DNA of 64,000 bases, taken from positions 192,001-256,000 of the forward strand of contig CBDDBZ010000034.1 in assembly GCA_965225945.1 (NCBI GenBank), written 5' to 3'. A program made the translations under genes and the position numbers. Each line of letters opens with the position of its first letter. Within the stretch, counting starts at the first letter, position 1. A model generated the notes under the pieces. The model was given only the letters and a program-made list of their open reading frames with translations. It made no database searches and was not told where the DNA came from. The stretch comes from Alphaproteobacteria bacterium (GTDB lineage: Bacteria > Pseudomonadota > Alphaproteobacteria > GCA-2731375). Positions 17,394 through 27,887 of this stretch are shown in pieces.

Positions 17394-18545
17394 CTACTTC
17401 TTGCTCGGCTTGGCGTAGGGGAAGGGCAGCGCACGGGCGGCATGGAAAGCCCGGGTCGAGACCTTGGTCCACGATACCGCGTCGCGGCGGAAGGCGAGGA
17501 TCGCGTCCAGCACCTTGCGGCTGAGCTTGTCCCGGGAGGCGAGCTCGTTCATCACCTGGCCGGAGAGCTTGCCGACCTGTTTCAGCAGGGCATCGGGAAA
17601 CTTCTTCACCGCCACGCCGTGCTTGTCCACCAGCGTCGCCAAGGCGGCGTGGTTGCGCGCCGTCAGTTCGCTCAGGACCATCTGGTTGACGGCGGCGTTG
17701 GCCGCCTCGACCAGCGCCTTCAGATCGTCCGGCAGCTTCTCCCAGGCCTTGATGTTGATGAAGTTGTCGAGGCAGGTCGCCGGCTCATGCCAGCCGGGGT
17801 AGTAGCAGAACTTGGCGTGCTTCTGCAGGCCGAGGGCGAGATCGCCGTAAGGCCCGCTCCAGCTCGCCGCCGTGATCCGGCCGGATTCGAACGCGGCCGA
17901 GATCTCGTCGCCGGGCAATTCGAGGACCTCGGCCCCGGCCGCCTTCACCACCGCGCCGCCGAGGCCGGGCACGCGCATCGCCAGGCCCCGGTAGGCGCGG
18001 GCGCCCTTCATCTGCTTGGTGAACCAGCCGCCCATCTGCATGCCGGTGTTGCCGGCGGGAAAGAACTTGCAGCCGAGCTCCCGATAGACCTCGTCGGCCA
18101 GCGCCTGGCCGCCGCCGAAATGGAACCAGGCATTCATCTCCTCGGCCGTCAAGCCGAAGGGCTGGGAGGCGATGAACTGGCTCGCCGGCACCTTGTCCTT
18201 CCAGTAGTAAGGGGTGCCGTGGCCCATCTCGATGACGCCGCTGTTGACCGCGTCCAGCGCGTCCAGCGCCGGCACCAGCTCGTTGGCGCCGTAGACGTTG
18301 ACCACCAGCCGGCCGTCGGAACTCTTGGTGATGATGTCGGCCAGCAGCTCCGATCCGGCGCCGAAGCCCGGAAAGCGCTTGGGCCAGGTCGTCACCAGGC
18401 CCCATTCCATGCGGCCCTTGGCGATCGCGGGGGCCGGGAAGGCGGAGGCGGCGCCCGCCGCCGCGGCACCGATCGTCGCCGCCTGCAAGAAGTCGCGACG
18501 ATCCTTGCCCGCCGGCGCGCCGGCACGGTTGTCCTTGGCGGTCAT
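17394..18545 (-). CDS. TRAP transporter substrate-binding protein (DctP/TakP-like), Tat signal
   Basis: RRDFLQAA Tat motif; TTWPK, GNTGMQMGGWF, MRVPGLGG, YYPGWHEP. Confidence 0.9.
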   Translation of the reverse strand: MTAKDNRAGAPAGKDRRDFLQAATIGAAAAGAASAFPAPAIAKGRMEWGLVTTWPKRFPGFGAGSELLADIITKSSDGRLVVNVYGANELVPALDALDAVNSGVIEMGHGTPYYWKDKVPASQFIASQPFGLTAEEMNAWFHFGGGQALADEVYRELGCKFFPAGNTGMQMGGWFTKQMKGARAYRGLAMRVPGLGGAVVKAAGAEVLELPGDEISAAFESGRITAASWSGPYGDLALGLQKHAKFCYYPGWHEPATCLDNFINIKAWEKLPDDLKALVEAANAAVNQMVLSELTARNHAALATLVDKHGVAVKKFPDALLKQVGKLSGQVMNELASRDKLSRKVLDAILAFRRDAVSWTKVSTRAFHAARALPFPYAKPSKK

Positions 18546-18745
18546 CGAAGCGGCCTCTCGGTTTCGGCCGGCGTTGGGAGCGGTGATGCCCCGATCGCCG
18601 GCGCGTGATCGGTGTCCCGATCTTAGTCGCTTTCCCTTCCTCGGCAACGCGGAAGTAGGCCCCGCCGGTAGCGGCCGGTATCAACCTTGCGCGCCCTCTC
18701 GATTGTCATCAAACTCCGCGCCCGGGCGGCGAGGAAGGCGCGGGC

Positions 18746-20267
18746 ATGGGAATCGAATATACGCCCCGGGCGGAGGTGCTGGCGGCGGGCATGGGCATGG
18801 TCGGCGAGCTGTTCCGGGCCCGCGCTCGAATTCGGCCGGCGGCGCTCGCTCACTTACGCAGAACTCGACGCCCGGGTCGACCGGTTGGCCCAGGGGCTCG
18901 CCGGCCTGGGCATCGCGCGCGGCGACCGCGTCGCCTTGCTGACGCGAAACTGCCTGGAATATGTCGAGGTCGAGCTGGCGGCGGGCCGGCTCGGCGCCAT
19001 TACGGCGGCGCAGAACTGGCGCCTGGCCGACCGGGAACTTAGCCATTGCCTGAATCTCGTAGCGCCCAAAGTGATCATCCTGGCGCCGGCGTTTCTCGCC
19101 ACGCTCGAGCGCATCGACGTGCCCGCCGCGAAGCGCGTGGTGCTGGGCGAGGACTATGAGCGGCTGCTGGCCCGCTCACCCGAACGCGCACCCTCGCTCG
19201 CGCTCCAGCCCGAGGACGGGTTGGTCATCCTCTATACCTCCGGCACCACCGGCCTGCCGAAAGGGGCGATGATCAGCCACCGGGCGATGGTCGCCAGGGC
19301 CATGGTCTACGCCTCCGAACTCCGTGTGCCCGCCGACAATACCTTCCTCGCCTGGGCGCCGTTCTATCACATGGCCTCGACCGACCATGCGCTCGCGACC
19401 TTGATGCGGGGCGGCAAGGTGGTGGTGCTCGACGGCTACCGGCCCGCCGAGATCATCGCCATCGCCACGACCGAGCCGCTCTATTGGCTGATATTGATCC
19501 CGGGAATGATCGAGCCCTTCATCGCCGAGGTGAAGCGAAGCGGCGCGCGTTTCGATCACATCCACATGATCGGCGCCATGGCCGACCTGGTGCCGCGCCA
19601 TCAACTGGCCGAAATCACCGAGTTGCTCGGCGCCGGCTACTTCAACTCCTTCGGCTCGACCGAGACCGGCATTCCACCGGCCACCCGCTCGTTGACGCCG
19701 ATCGGCGTCGCGCCGACGAGCCTCGCCAAACCGCAGAGCGCCTTCTGCGAGGTCCGCCTGGTCGACGCGGAAGACGACGACGTGCCCGACGGCCAGCCCG
19801 GCGAGGTGGCGATCAAGGGGCCGACGCTCTTCAGCGGCTATTGGAACGCAGGCGAAACCAACGCCCATGAATTTCGCGGCGGCTGGTTCCACATGGGCGA
19901 CGTGATGCGGCGCAATCCGGACGGCACGCTCGATTTCATCGACCGGGTCAAATATATGATCAAGTCCGGCGGCGAGAACATCTATCCGGCGGAGATCGAG
20001 CAGGTGATCATGGCCGATCCCCGGATCGACGACGTGGCGGTGGTGCGCAAGACCGACGCGCGCTGGGGCGAGGTGCCGGTCGCCTTCGTCGCCCGCAAGG
20101 AGGAAAGCCTGGACGAGGCGACGATCCTGCGCCGCTGCGGCGAGAACCTCGCCGGCTACAAGCGGCCGAAGGAGGTCCACTTCATCGGCTTCGACGACTT
20201 TCCCCGTTCCACCAGCGGCAAGATCCAGCGCCACGCGCTGGAAGCCCGGCTCGCCGACACCAACTGA
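18746..20267 (+). pseudogene. Acyl-CoA synthetase (AMP-binding) with probable 5' frameshift
   Basis: YTSGTTGLPKG, FGSTE, WFHMGD, IKSGGENIYPAEIE, GKI; N-terminus with ATG 18746 (VGELFRARARIRP) is in a different frame from SLTYAELD, switch at about 18845. Confidence 0.72.
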
Positions 20268-20341
20268 ACCGGTCCAAATCCACCCGCCCGGAAACCCCCG
20301 GCTGATATAGTCGCTTCCGAAACGGGAGGGGCCGCTCGGGC

Positions 20342-22153
20342 ATGGAGCTGATCGAGCCGACTTGGCAGATGTGGGCGAGCTTCGCCGTGATCGGGCTCGC
20401 CGTCGTCGCCTATGCCGTCGAGCGCTGGCCGATGGAGGTGACCTCGGCGGGGACGATCCTGGCCCTGATGGTGATCTTCCATTTCGGCCCCGTGCCCGAC
20501 GGGGCGGGCGGCAATCGGCTGGGTCCCAAGGCGTTGCTCGCCGGCTTCGCGGCGCCGGCGTTGATCACCATCCTGGCGCTGATGGTCGTCGGCCAAGGAT
20601 TGATTCGGACCGGCGTCATCGAGGGCTTGGTGACGCGGCTGGTGGAACGCTTTCGGCTCCGGCCGGTTTCGACGGCGGCGGCGCTGTTCCTCGCCGTGGC
20701 CGTGCTCTCCGCCTTCATCAACAACACCCCGGTGGTGGTGATCTTCATCCCGGTCGCGACGGCGCTGGCCCAGCGCGCCGACGTGCCGGCGGCACGCTGG
20801 ATGATGGGGCTCAGCTTCGCCGCCATCCTCGGCGGCATGACGACGCTGATCGGCTCCTCCACCAACCTCCTGGTGGCCGGCGCCTCGGCCGAGCACGGCG
20901 GACCGGCGATCGCCTTCTTCGATTTCGCCCTCGAGGGCTCGGTGTTGGCCGCCGTCGGCATCGTCTATCTGTTGGTGGTGGCACCCAAGCTGCTGCCCGA
21001 TCGGGCCTCGCTGACGCGCCAGTATATCGGCGAAGGACGCCACTTCATCGCCCAAATCACCGTCCGCGAGAATAGCCGACTGATCGGCGAGCGGGCGGTG
21101 GCAGGGCGCTTTCCGGCGATCCCCGACATGACCGTTCGCCTCTTTCAACGCGGCACCCACGTGATCCTGCCGCCCTTCGACGACGAGCCGATCCAGCCGG
21201 GCGACGTGCTGGTGGTGGCGGCGACGCGGGAGACCCTGGCCCAGGCGCTGGCCAACACGCCGAGCCTGCTGCCCCCCGAGGGCGAGATCACCACCACCGA
21301 CCAATTTCTGGTCGAGGCGATGGTGGCGCCGAGTTCCCGCATGGTCGGGCGAGCCCTGGAGGAGATCGGGTTTCACTACCGGACCGGCTGCCTGGTGCTG
21401 GGGGTGCAGCGCCGCTCCCGCATGCTGCGGGCGAACATGGACGCGATCCGGCTCCAGATCGGCGACGTGCTGCTGCTGTTGGGACCGCGCGAGCGGGTTC
21501 AGGAACTCCGCGCCGACGCCGACGTGGTGCTGCTGGAATGGTCGGCGCGGGAGCTCGCGGCCAGGCGCAAGGCGCCGCTCGCGAGCGTTATCTTCGCCGC
21601 CCTGATCGCGCTGGCGACCACGGGAGCCCTGCCGCTGGTGATCGTCGCGCTGATGGGGGCGGTGGCGATGCTGGCGACCGGCTGCCTCGATCCCCGCCAA
21701 GCGGCCCGGGCCATCGACCGACGCGTGGCGCTGCTGGTGCCGGCGGCACTGGCCATGGGCGCGGCGCTCGGCGCCACCGGCGGGGCCGCCTGGTTCGCCC
21801 ATCAACTGGTGGCGCAAGCCCAGGGCCTGGGGCCGGCGACGACGCTCTCGCTTCTCTTCCTACTGGTGGCGGTGTCGACAAACCTGATCTCCAACAACGC
21901 GACGGCGGTGTTGTTCACGCCGGTCGCGATCGCCGTGGCGCGCGAGCTCGGTGTCTCCGAGGTCGCTTTCGTGCACGCGGTGATCTTCGCTGCCAACTGT
22001 TCCTTCGCGACGCCGATCGGCTATCAGACCAACCTCCTGGTGATGGGTCCAGGGCACTACCGCTTCGCCGATTTCCTCAAGGTCGGCGCGCCGCTGGCGC
22101 TTCTGATCTGGCTCGCCTTTTCGCTTCTGGCGCCGTTGATCCATGGGCTGTAG
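20342..22153 (+). CDS. SLC13/DASS family permease with TrkA-C domains
   Basis: SAFINNTPVV, GGMTTLIGSSTNLL, ISNNATAV, FATPIGYQTN. Confidence 0.9.
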   Translation: MELIEPTWQMWASFAVIGLAVVAYAVERWPMEVTSAGTILALMVIFHFGPVPDGAGGNRLGPKALLAGFAAPALITILALMVVGQGLIRTGVIEGLVTRLVERFRLRPVSTAAALFLAVAVLSAFINNTPVVVIFIPVATALAQRADVPAARWMMGLSFAAILGGMTTLIGSSTNLLVAGASAEHGGPAIAFFDFALEGSVLAAVGIVYLLVVAPKLLPDRASLTRQYIGEGRHFIAQITVRENSRLIGERAVAGRFPAIPDMTVRLFQRGTHVILPPFDDEPIQPGDVLVVAATRETLAQALANTPSLLPPEGEITTTDQFLVEAMVAPSSRMVGRALEEIGFHYRTGCLVLGVQRRSRMLRANMDAIRLQIGDVLLLLGPRERVQELRADADVVLLEWSARELAARRKAPLASVIFAALIALATTGALPLVIVALMGAVAMLATGCLDPRQAARAIDRRVALLVPAALAMGAALGATGGAAWFAHQLVAQAQGLGPATTLSLLFLLVAVSTNLISNNATAVLFTPVAIAVARELGVSEVAFVHAVIFAANCSFATPIGYQTNLLVMGPGHYRFADFLKVGAPLALLIWLAFSLLAPLIHGL

Positions 22154-22236
22154 CGTCCCGGCCGGGGGATCGGGGCGGTCGGGACTTACGTCGGTTGGAA
22201 TAATGCCATCACCGGAGGCTGTGGAGGAGTCGAGGC

Positions 22237-23031
22237 ATGAAGGATAGCTACGAAACCCTGCTGTTGGAGGAGCCGGAGGCGGGGCTGTTGCTGGTGACGC
22301 TGAACCGACCGGGCTCGGCCAACGCGCTGAATACCCAGATGGGGATCGATCTGGAGGACGTGTTCCATTCAATCCTGGTGGCGCCAGGGCGCTATCGTTG
22401 CGTCATCGTCACCGGAGCAGGCGAGCGGATCTTCTGCGCCGGCGGCGACCTCAAGCAACGCGACGGCATGACCGACGAGGAATGGCAAGCCCAGCACGCG
22501 ATTTTCGAGCGGGTGATGCTGCTCCTCGTCGATTGCCCGATTCCGCTGATCGCGGCGGTGAATGGCGCCGCCTTCGGCGGGGGCGCGGAGATCGTCGGCT
22601 GCATGGACTTCGCCTATGCCGCCAGCACCGCGCGATTCGCCCTGACCGAGGTCTCGCTCGGCATCATGCCGGGGGGCGCCGGCACCCAGACGTTGCCGCG
22701 CGCCGTCGGCCCGCGCCGGGCCAAGGAGATCATTTTCACTGCCCGGCCCTTTTCGGCCGACGAGGCGCTCGCCTGGGGCTTCGTCAACCGGGTGGTGGCG
22801 CCGGAGAAGCTGATGGATGCGGTGATGGAGACCGCCGGGCGGATCGTCGCCAACGCCCCGCTCTCGATCCGCCAGGCCAAGAAGTCGATCGAGCTGGGCC
22901 TGCGCACCGATCTCCGCACCGGCATGTTCCTCGAGATCGAGGCCTACAACCGCCTGATTGCGACCGAGGATCGCCACGAGGGCGTGCGCGCCTTCAACGA
23001 AAAGCGCAAGCCCGACTTCAAGGGACGTTGA
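22237..23031 (+). CDS. Enoyl-CoA hydratase/isomerase family protein
   Basis: FCAGGDL, IAAVNGAAFGGGAE, TEVSLGIMPG, FNEKRKPDFKG. Confidence 0.92.
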   Translation: MKDSYETLLLEEPEAGLLLVTLNRPGSANALNTQMGIDLEDVFHSILVAPGRYRCVIVTGAGERIFCAGGDLKQRDGMTDEEWQAQHAIFERVMLLLVDCPIPLIAAVNGAAFGGGAEIVGCMDFAYAASTARFALTEVSLGIMPGGAGTQTLPRAVGPRRAKEIIFTARPFSADEALAWGFVNRVVAPEKLMDAVMETAGRIVANAPLSIRQAKKSIELGLRTDLRTGMFLEIEAYNRLIATEDRHEGVRAFNEKRKPDFKGR

Positions 23032-23046
23032 GGGGCCGGCGGACGG

Positions 23047-23526
23047 CTATTTCTCGGGTCCCTCCAGGTGTGCCCGAAGCTCGGGCCGGGCATTCTGCCG
23101 GGTCGCCCATTTGTCCAGGATTCGGTGGCAGTGCGCCGGCGCGAGGCCGAGCTGGACCAGGACCTCGCCCGCCCGGGCGTAGTCCTCATAACTTTCGATT
23201 CTGCCGTCGGCCAAGCGGAAATACCCGACGCCTTCCATCACCACTCGTCGGCCTCGGCTCGCCTCGGTCCGGGCGGTATAGCTGAAGCGCCAACGGGCGA
23301 AGCCGGTGGTGCCGTCGTCGACCGGGTCGAGCATCTCCCAGAGGAAGTCCTCGCCGTCGCGGTGGAAGCGGTTCTCCAGCAATTCGGCGATCGCCGCGCG
23401 TCCGGCGAAGGCGCCGTAGAAGACGTCGTGGTAGACGCCCTCCTCGGTGAAGCAGGCGGCCAGCGCTGCGCCGTCCCCGGCCTCGACCGCAGCGGTGAAG
23501 GTCTTCAGCAAATCGACGAAGTTCAT
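23047..23526 (-). CDS. SnoaL-like / NTF2 family protein
   Basis: LAACFTEEGVYHD...GRAAI...FRLADGRI. Confidence 0.78.
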   Translation of the reverse strand: MNFVDLLKTFTAAVEAGDGAALAACFTEEGVYHDVFYGAFAGRAAIAELLENRFHRDGEDFLWEMLDPVDDGTTGFARWRFSYTARTEASRGRRVVMEGVGYFRLADGRIESYEDYARAGEVLVQLGLAPAHCHRILDKWATRQNARPELRAHLEGPEK

Positions 23527-23560
23527 CTTTCCGCTGCCCTACCCTAAACTTTCCCGCGCC

Positions 23561-23589
23561 TTGACGCTCGCCAGGCGATCCCGTATTGA
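23561..23589 (+). promoter_or_regulatory. Putative sigma70 promoter of rpmB
   Basis: TTGACG-N17-TATTGA. Confidence 0.5.
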
Positions 23590-23651
23590 ACCCGCTCGCT
23601 GGCCCAGCGCCGGTCGAGGGTGATGTTTACGACGGCGGGACGGATAAGGCC

Positions 23652-23945
23652 ATGACGCGGCGCTGCGAACTCACCGGCAAGGGCGTGATGTCGGGGAACA
23701 ACGTCTCCCACTCCAACATCAAGACCAAGCGTCGGTTCCTGCCCAACCTGCAGACGGCCTCGCTGCATTCGGAGCTTCTGGGCCGCCCAATTCGCCTCAG
23801 GATCTCGACCCACGCGCTACGTTCGGTGGAACATCGCGGCGGGCTCGACGATTTCCTCCTCGCCGCGCGCGACGGCAACCTCTCGATTCGCGCCCGCAGG
23901 ATCAAGCGGACGCTCGAGAAGGCCCGGGCCGCCGCCCAGGCCTGA
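23652..23945 (+). CDS. rpmB: 50S ribosomal protein L28
   Basis: [10 protein letters not shown]...[20 protein letters not shown]. Confidence 0.96.
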   Translation: MTRRCELTGKGVMSGNNVSHSNIKTKRRFLPNLQTASLHSELLGRPIRLRISTHALRSVEHRGGLDDFLLAARDGNLSIRARRIKRTLEKARAAAQA

Positions 23946-23969
23946 CATCGCGGCCACCGCGCCGACCCG

Positions 23970-24962
23970 TCACCGCGACAGCACGAACTGCAACAGCAAC
24001 GTCCGCTGCAGGATGGTGAAGTTGTCGTCCGAGAGGAGATAGACGTCGTGGGCGCCGTCAGCCCGCGCACGGACGGCGATGCCCTCGAAGTTGTCGGTGA
24101 GGCCCGGCGCTTCCAAGCGCCCCACTTCCCGGCCGCTCAGCAGCGCGCCCGGACGGGCGGCGCCGGGGCTGAGCCGGACGACGCGGCTGGAGAAACCGCC
24201 GATCATGGAGAACCGCCGTTCCAACACCAACAGCTCGTCGTCGTCGAGGCGCGCCATGCCCGTCGGCTTGAAGGACCCGGTCGCGCCATAGCGCAGTTCC
24301 TCCGGTGATCCGCCACCCGGCCCGGCGAGCCAGCCGATGAAGTGGCCGTCGGGTCCCTTTAGATGTTCCGCCAAGGCCACGATCGCGCCACTGCCCAGCA
24401 CCGCCAGCGCCTCGATCCCGTCGGCGCCGCCGAGACGCGCGAGGGGCCGGTCCCAGGGGAGCGATTTCGGTCGCGCCGTCGCCAAGTCGACGCCCACCGG
24501 ATAGCGCAGGATGCGATTGCGTCGCTCGAAGGCGACGAGGATCTCGCCGTTCGAGGCGCGGGCCAGCGCCTCGGCGTCGTGGGTGCGGCGCGCGACCGAC
24601 ACCGGGCGCCCGTCCAGGCCCCGCATCGCGTCCAGGCGGATCTCGCTCAAGGCGATGATTCGACCCTTCGAATCGCGCTCGAGCCGTGCCCGGAGCCAGA
24701 CCCCGCGATCGCCGACGGCGAGCAGGCGGTCGCCGTCTTGGCTGAGCAGCAGGCCGGAGAAGCCACCGAAGTCATTGGCCCGCGAGGTGAGCGCCAGGCC
24801 GGCGATGAAGCGCAGCTCGCCTATCGAGGTACCGCCGCCCGTCAGCTCGTCGAAATCGATCGGCGCCGTCGTGATCGATATCTGCCGCGCGCTCGCCTCG
24901 CCGACCCCCGTCAGCAGCCCGAGGAGAAGGGCCAACGCGACCCAAATCTCGTGATTGGCCAA
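23970..24962 (-). CDS. Esterase-like activity of phytase family secreted protein
   Basis: Signal peptide; FGGFSGL, VGDRG, DAEAL, VAFE, DNFEGIA, LSDDNF...QRTLL; start uncertain (TTG). Confidence 0.75.
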   Translation of the reverse strand: MANHEIWVALALLLGLLTGVGEASARQISITTAPIDFDELTGGGTSIGELRFIAGLALTSRANDFGGFSGLLLSQDGDRLLAVGDRGVWLRARLERDSKGRIIALSEIRLDAMRGLDGRPVSVARRTHDAEALARASNGEILVAFERRNRILRYPVGVDLATARPKSLPWDRPLARLGGADGIEALAVLGSGAIVALAEHLKGPDGHFIGWLAGPGGGSPEELRYGATGSFKPTGMARLDDDELLVLERRFSMIGGFSSRVVRLSPGAARPGALLSGREVGRLEAPGLTDNFEGIAVRARADGAHDVYLLSDDNFTILQRTLLLQFVLSR

Positions 24963-25025
24963 GCTTCGCGGCGACGCGTAAGCTTTCCGCCGACACTGGG
25001 AATTCTTGCAGTCATGGGGAGGAGA

Positions 25026-25796
25026 ATGTCGATGCTTGCGCGTAGGGAAGTGGTCAAGGGCGCGCTCGGTTTGCCGCTGGCGGCGGTATTGGCGAACCCC
25101 GTGCGCGCCAAGACGGTGGCCGAAAGCCTTCCCCAGGTCGCAATCACCACGGCGGGCGGCAGAACCGTCAAGGGCACCTTTGCCCGCACCCGCTTGGCGC
25201 GAGCGCCGATGGTGCTGCTGGTGCATGAATGGTGGGGCCTCAACGATCAGATCAAGACCGTGGCGGGGGAGTTTGCCGGCCTCGGCTATAACGCGCTGGC
25301 CGTCGACCTCTATGACGGCCGCGTCGCCACCAGCAGCGACGATGCCCGGAGCTACATGAAGAGCGTCGAGGCCGCCGAGGCACTCGACACGCTGGTCTCC
25401 TGGGTCGCCTGGCTCCGCGCTCACAAGGGCTCCTCCGGCAAGGTCGGCACGGTCGGTTGGTGTTTCGGTGGTGGCTGGTCGCTGCTGACCGGTATCAAGA
25501 CGCCGGTCGGGGCGACGGTGGTCTATTACGGCAACGTCGCCCGCGCGGCCGACGAGGTCAAGAGCCTGAAAGGCCCGGTACTGGGCCATTTCGCGACCCG
25601 CGACAAGTGGATCGACAAGGCGATGGTGGGCGGCTTCGAAGCGGCGATGAAGCGCGCCGGCAAGTCGCTCGAGGCCCACTGGTACGAGGCCGACCACGGC
25701 TTCGCCAATCCGAGCAGCGGACGCTACGACAAGGCCGACGCCAAGCTCTCCTGGCAACGGACGGTGGCGTTCTTCCAGACCCACCTCGGCGCCTAG
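25026..25796 (+). CDS. Dienelactone hydrolase family protein, Tat-like signal
   Basis: HEWWGLN, GWCFGG nucleophile motif, ADHGFAN; RREVVK N-terminus. Confidence 0.9.
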   Translation: MSMLARREVVKGALGLPLAAVLANPVRAKTVAESLPQVAITTAGGRTVKGTFARTRLARAPMVLLVHEWWGLNDQIKTVAGEFAGLGYNALAVDLYDGRVATSSDDARSYMKSVEAAEALDTLVSWVAWLRAHKGSSGKVGTVGWCFGGGWSLLTGIKTPVGATVVYYGNVARAADEVKSLKGPVLGHFATRDKWIDKAMVGGFEAAMKRAGKSLEAHWYEADHGFANPSSGRYDKADAKLSWQRTVAFFQTHLGA

Positions 25797-25812
25797 CGCC
25801 CGGGCGGATCGC

Positions 25813-26763
25813 ATGGCCAGAACGCTCCACGTCGCCGCCGCCCAGATGGGACCGGTCGAACGCGGCGAGCCGCGCCCACCGGTGGTCGCGCGCCTGATCG
25901 AGATGCTGCGCGAGGCCCATGGTCGCGGCGCCCGGCTGGTGGTCTTCCCCGAGCTGGCGCTCACGACGTTCTTTCCGCGCTGGCACATCGAGAACGAGGC
26001 GGAGCTCGATTCCCATTATGAAACCGAGCTTCCCTCGCACCTGACCCGACCGCTCTTCGAGACGGCGGCCGACCTCGGCGTCGGCTTCTATCTGGGCTAC
26101 GCCGAGCTGTTCCGGGACGCGGACGGACGCAAACGGCGCTTCAATAGTTCCGTCCTGGTCGACGACGGCGGGCGAATCGTCGGGAAATATCGCAAGGTGC
26201 ACTTGCCCGGCCATGCCGAGTATGAGCCCGAGCGGCCCTGGCAACACCTGGAGAAGGGCTATTTCGAGCCCGGCGATCTAGGCTTTCCGGTCTGGCGGGC
26301 GATGGGCGGCAATCTCGGCATGTGCCTCTGCAACGACCGTCGCTGGCCGGAGACCTGGCGGGTCATGGGGCTCGGCGACGTGGAGTTGGTCATGCTCGGT
26401 TACAACACGCCGGTGGGAAACGCCGTGGCGCGGGAATCGGAGCACCTGCGGATGTTTCACAATCACCTGTCGATGCAAGCGGGTTGCTACCAGAACGGCA
26501 CCTGGGCCGTCGGCACGGCCAGGGCCGGGCTCGAGGGCGGGGTCGAGATGATGGGCGGCAGTTGCGTCGTGGCACCGACCGGGGAAATCGTGGCCCTCGC
26601 CAGCACCCTCGAGGACGAGGTTGTGAGCGCGCTCGTCGACCTGGATCGCGGGCGCTACCTCAAGGAGACGATCTTCAACTTCGCAGCGCATCGCCGGATC
26701 GAGCACTATCGCGTGATCGCCGAGCAGACGGCGGCGATACCGCCGGAGTCGAGCGGAGAGTAG
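25813..26763 (+). CDS. N-carbamoyl-D-amino acid hydrolase (nitrilase superfamily)
   Basis: Triad in FPELALTTFFPRW, YRKVHLPGH, CNDRRWPE; GYNTP, FNFAAHR. Confidence 0.88.
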   Translation: MARTLHVAAAQMGPVERGEPRPPVVARLIEMLREAHGRGARLVVFPELALTTFFPRWHIENEAELDSHYETELPSHLTRPLFETAADLGVGFYLGYAELFRDADGRKRRFNSSVLVDDGGRIVGKYRKVHLPGHAEYEPERPWQHLEKGYFEPGDLGFPVWRAMGGNLGMCLCNDRRWPETWRVMGLGDVELVMLGYNTPVGNAVARESEHLRMFHNHLSMQAGCYQNGTWAVGTARAGLEGGVEMMGGSCVVAPTGEIVALASTLEDEVVSALVDLDRGRYLKETIFNFAAHRRIEHYRVIAEQTAAIPPESSGE

Positions 26764-26785
26764 AACGCCGGCCTCCCGACGCACG

Positions 26786-26822
26786 GGACGCTATCTCGAC
26801 TTTATAAGTCGAGATAGCGTCC
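26786..26822. terminator. Perfect 17-bp stem hairpin between convergent genes
   Basis: GGACGCTATCTCGACTT-TAT-AAGTCGAGATAGCGTCC; no clear U-tract. Confidence 0.5.
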
Positions 26823-26833
26823 TCGTTATCCAG

Positions 26834-27862
26834 TCAACTCTCTCCGGCGGCGTCGAGAGACCGGTTCAGCAGACCCGCGTAGCCGAACAGCGCGGGCGTG
26901 CCGCCGGTGTGGATGAACACCACCGTCTCGTCGGGCGCGATTCCCCCGGAGCGCGCCAGCGCGATCAGGCCGGCGAGGGCCTTGCCCGAATAGACCGGGT
27001 CCAGCAGCAGCCCCTCGGTCCGGGCACAGAGCCGCATCGCCTCCAGCGCATCCTCCCCGGGCTTGCCGTAGCCGAGTCCCAGCGCCATGTCCTCGACCCG
27101 GACGTCGGCCTCGCCGATCAGCCCCTCGCGCCCGATCATGGCCGCGAGCTCGCGACATCGAGCGAGCACGCGAGGGTGCTGTTCCCGCGCGACGCGACGC
27201 ACGCAGATGCCGACACAGGCGACCTCGGCGCTCCTCTCGCGAAGCCCCACCAGCGCGCCGGCATGCGTCAGGGCGCTGCCGGAGGGAACGATCACCGTGT
27301 CGACCCGGAGGCCCCTTGCCGCCGCCTGGTCCATCATTTCCAGCGCCGCGTCCCGGTAGCCCAGCGCACCGATCGGCGGATGATTGGCGCTCAGATAGAT
27401 GATGTAGGGCGACTGGCCGCGGCTTCGCAGGTCGGCCGCCAGCGTCTCCAGCGCCGCGTCCGCGCCGGCCTCGTCCTCGCCCTCGGGATAGCTGTGGATG
27501 GTGGCGCCCAGCAGCCGGTCCAGCAGCACGTTGCCGGAGGCGTGATAGCCAGGCGGCATGTCCTTCACCCGGTCTTCCAATTGCACGTGACAGGCCATGG
27601 CGAGGTGGGCGGCGGCGGCCGCCGTCATCCGCAGGAAGTTGGACTGCACGGCGCCGGTGATCAATACCGTGTGGGCGCCCGCCGCCACCGCCTCGCCGAA
27701 GTAATACTCGAGCTGGCGGGCCTTGTTGCCGCCCATGGCGAGTCCGGTACAGTCGTCGCGTTTGACATGCAGGTTCGCGAGGCCGAGCACGCGGCCGAGG
27801 TTCGCCATCGGCTCGAGCGGTGTCGGCGCGTGGGCCAGGACGACGCGGGGGAAATCGGACAC
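26834..27862 (-). CDS. D-cysteine desulfhydrase / ACC deaminase family PLP enzyme
   Basis: PTPLE, VKRDDCTGLAMGGNKARQL, GAVQSN, LLDPVYSGKA, FIHTGG. Confidence 0.9.
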   Translation of the reverse strand: MSDFPRVVLAHAPTPLEPMANLGRVLGLANLHVKRDDCTGLAMGGNKARQLEYYFGEAVAAGAHTVLITGAVQSNFLRMTAAAAAHLAMACHVQLEDRVKDMPPGYHASGNVLLDRLLGATIHSYPEGEDEAGADAALETLAADLRSRGQSPYIIYLSANHPPIGALGYRDAALEMMDQAAARGLRVDTVIVPSGSALTHAGALVGLRERSAEVACVGICVRRVAREQHPRVLARCRELAAMIGREGLIGEADVRVEDMALGLGYGKPGEDALEAMRLCARTEGLLLDPVYSGKALAGLIALARSGGIAPDETVVFIHTGGTPALFGYAGLLNRSLDAAGES

Positions 27863-27887
27863 GGGCTTCGGCTCCTCGACTTCGGGT

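Noticed and set aside
23970-25988. 672-aa version of the phytase-like protein
   Set aside because: The upstream half is antisense to the dienelactone hydrolase; the signal peptide places the start near 24962.
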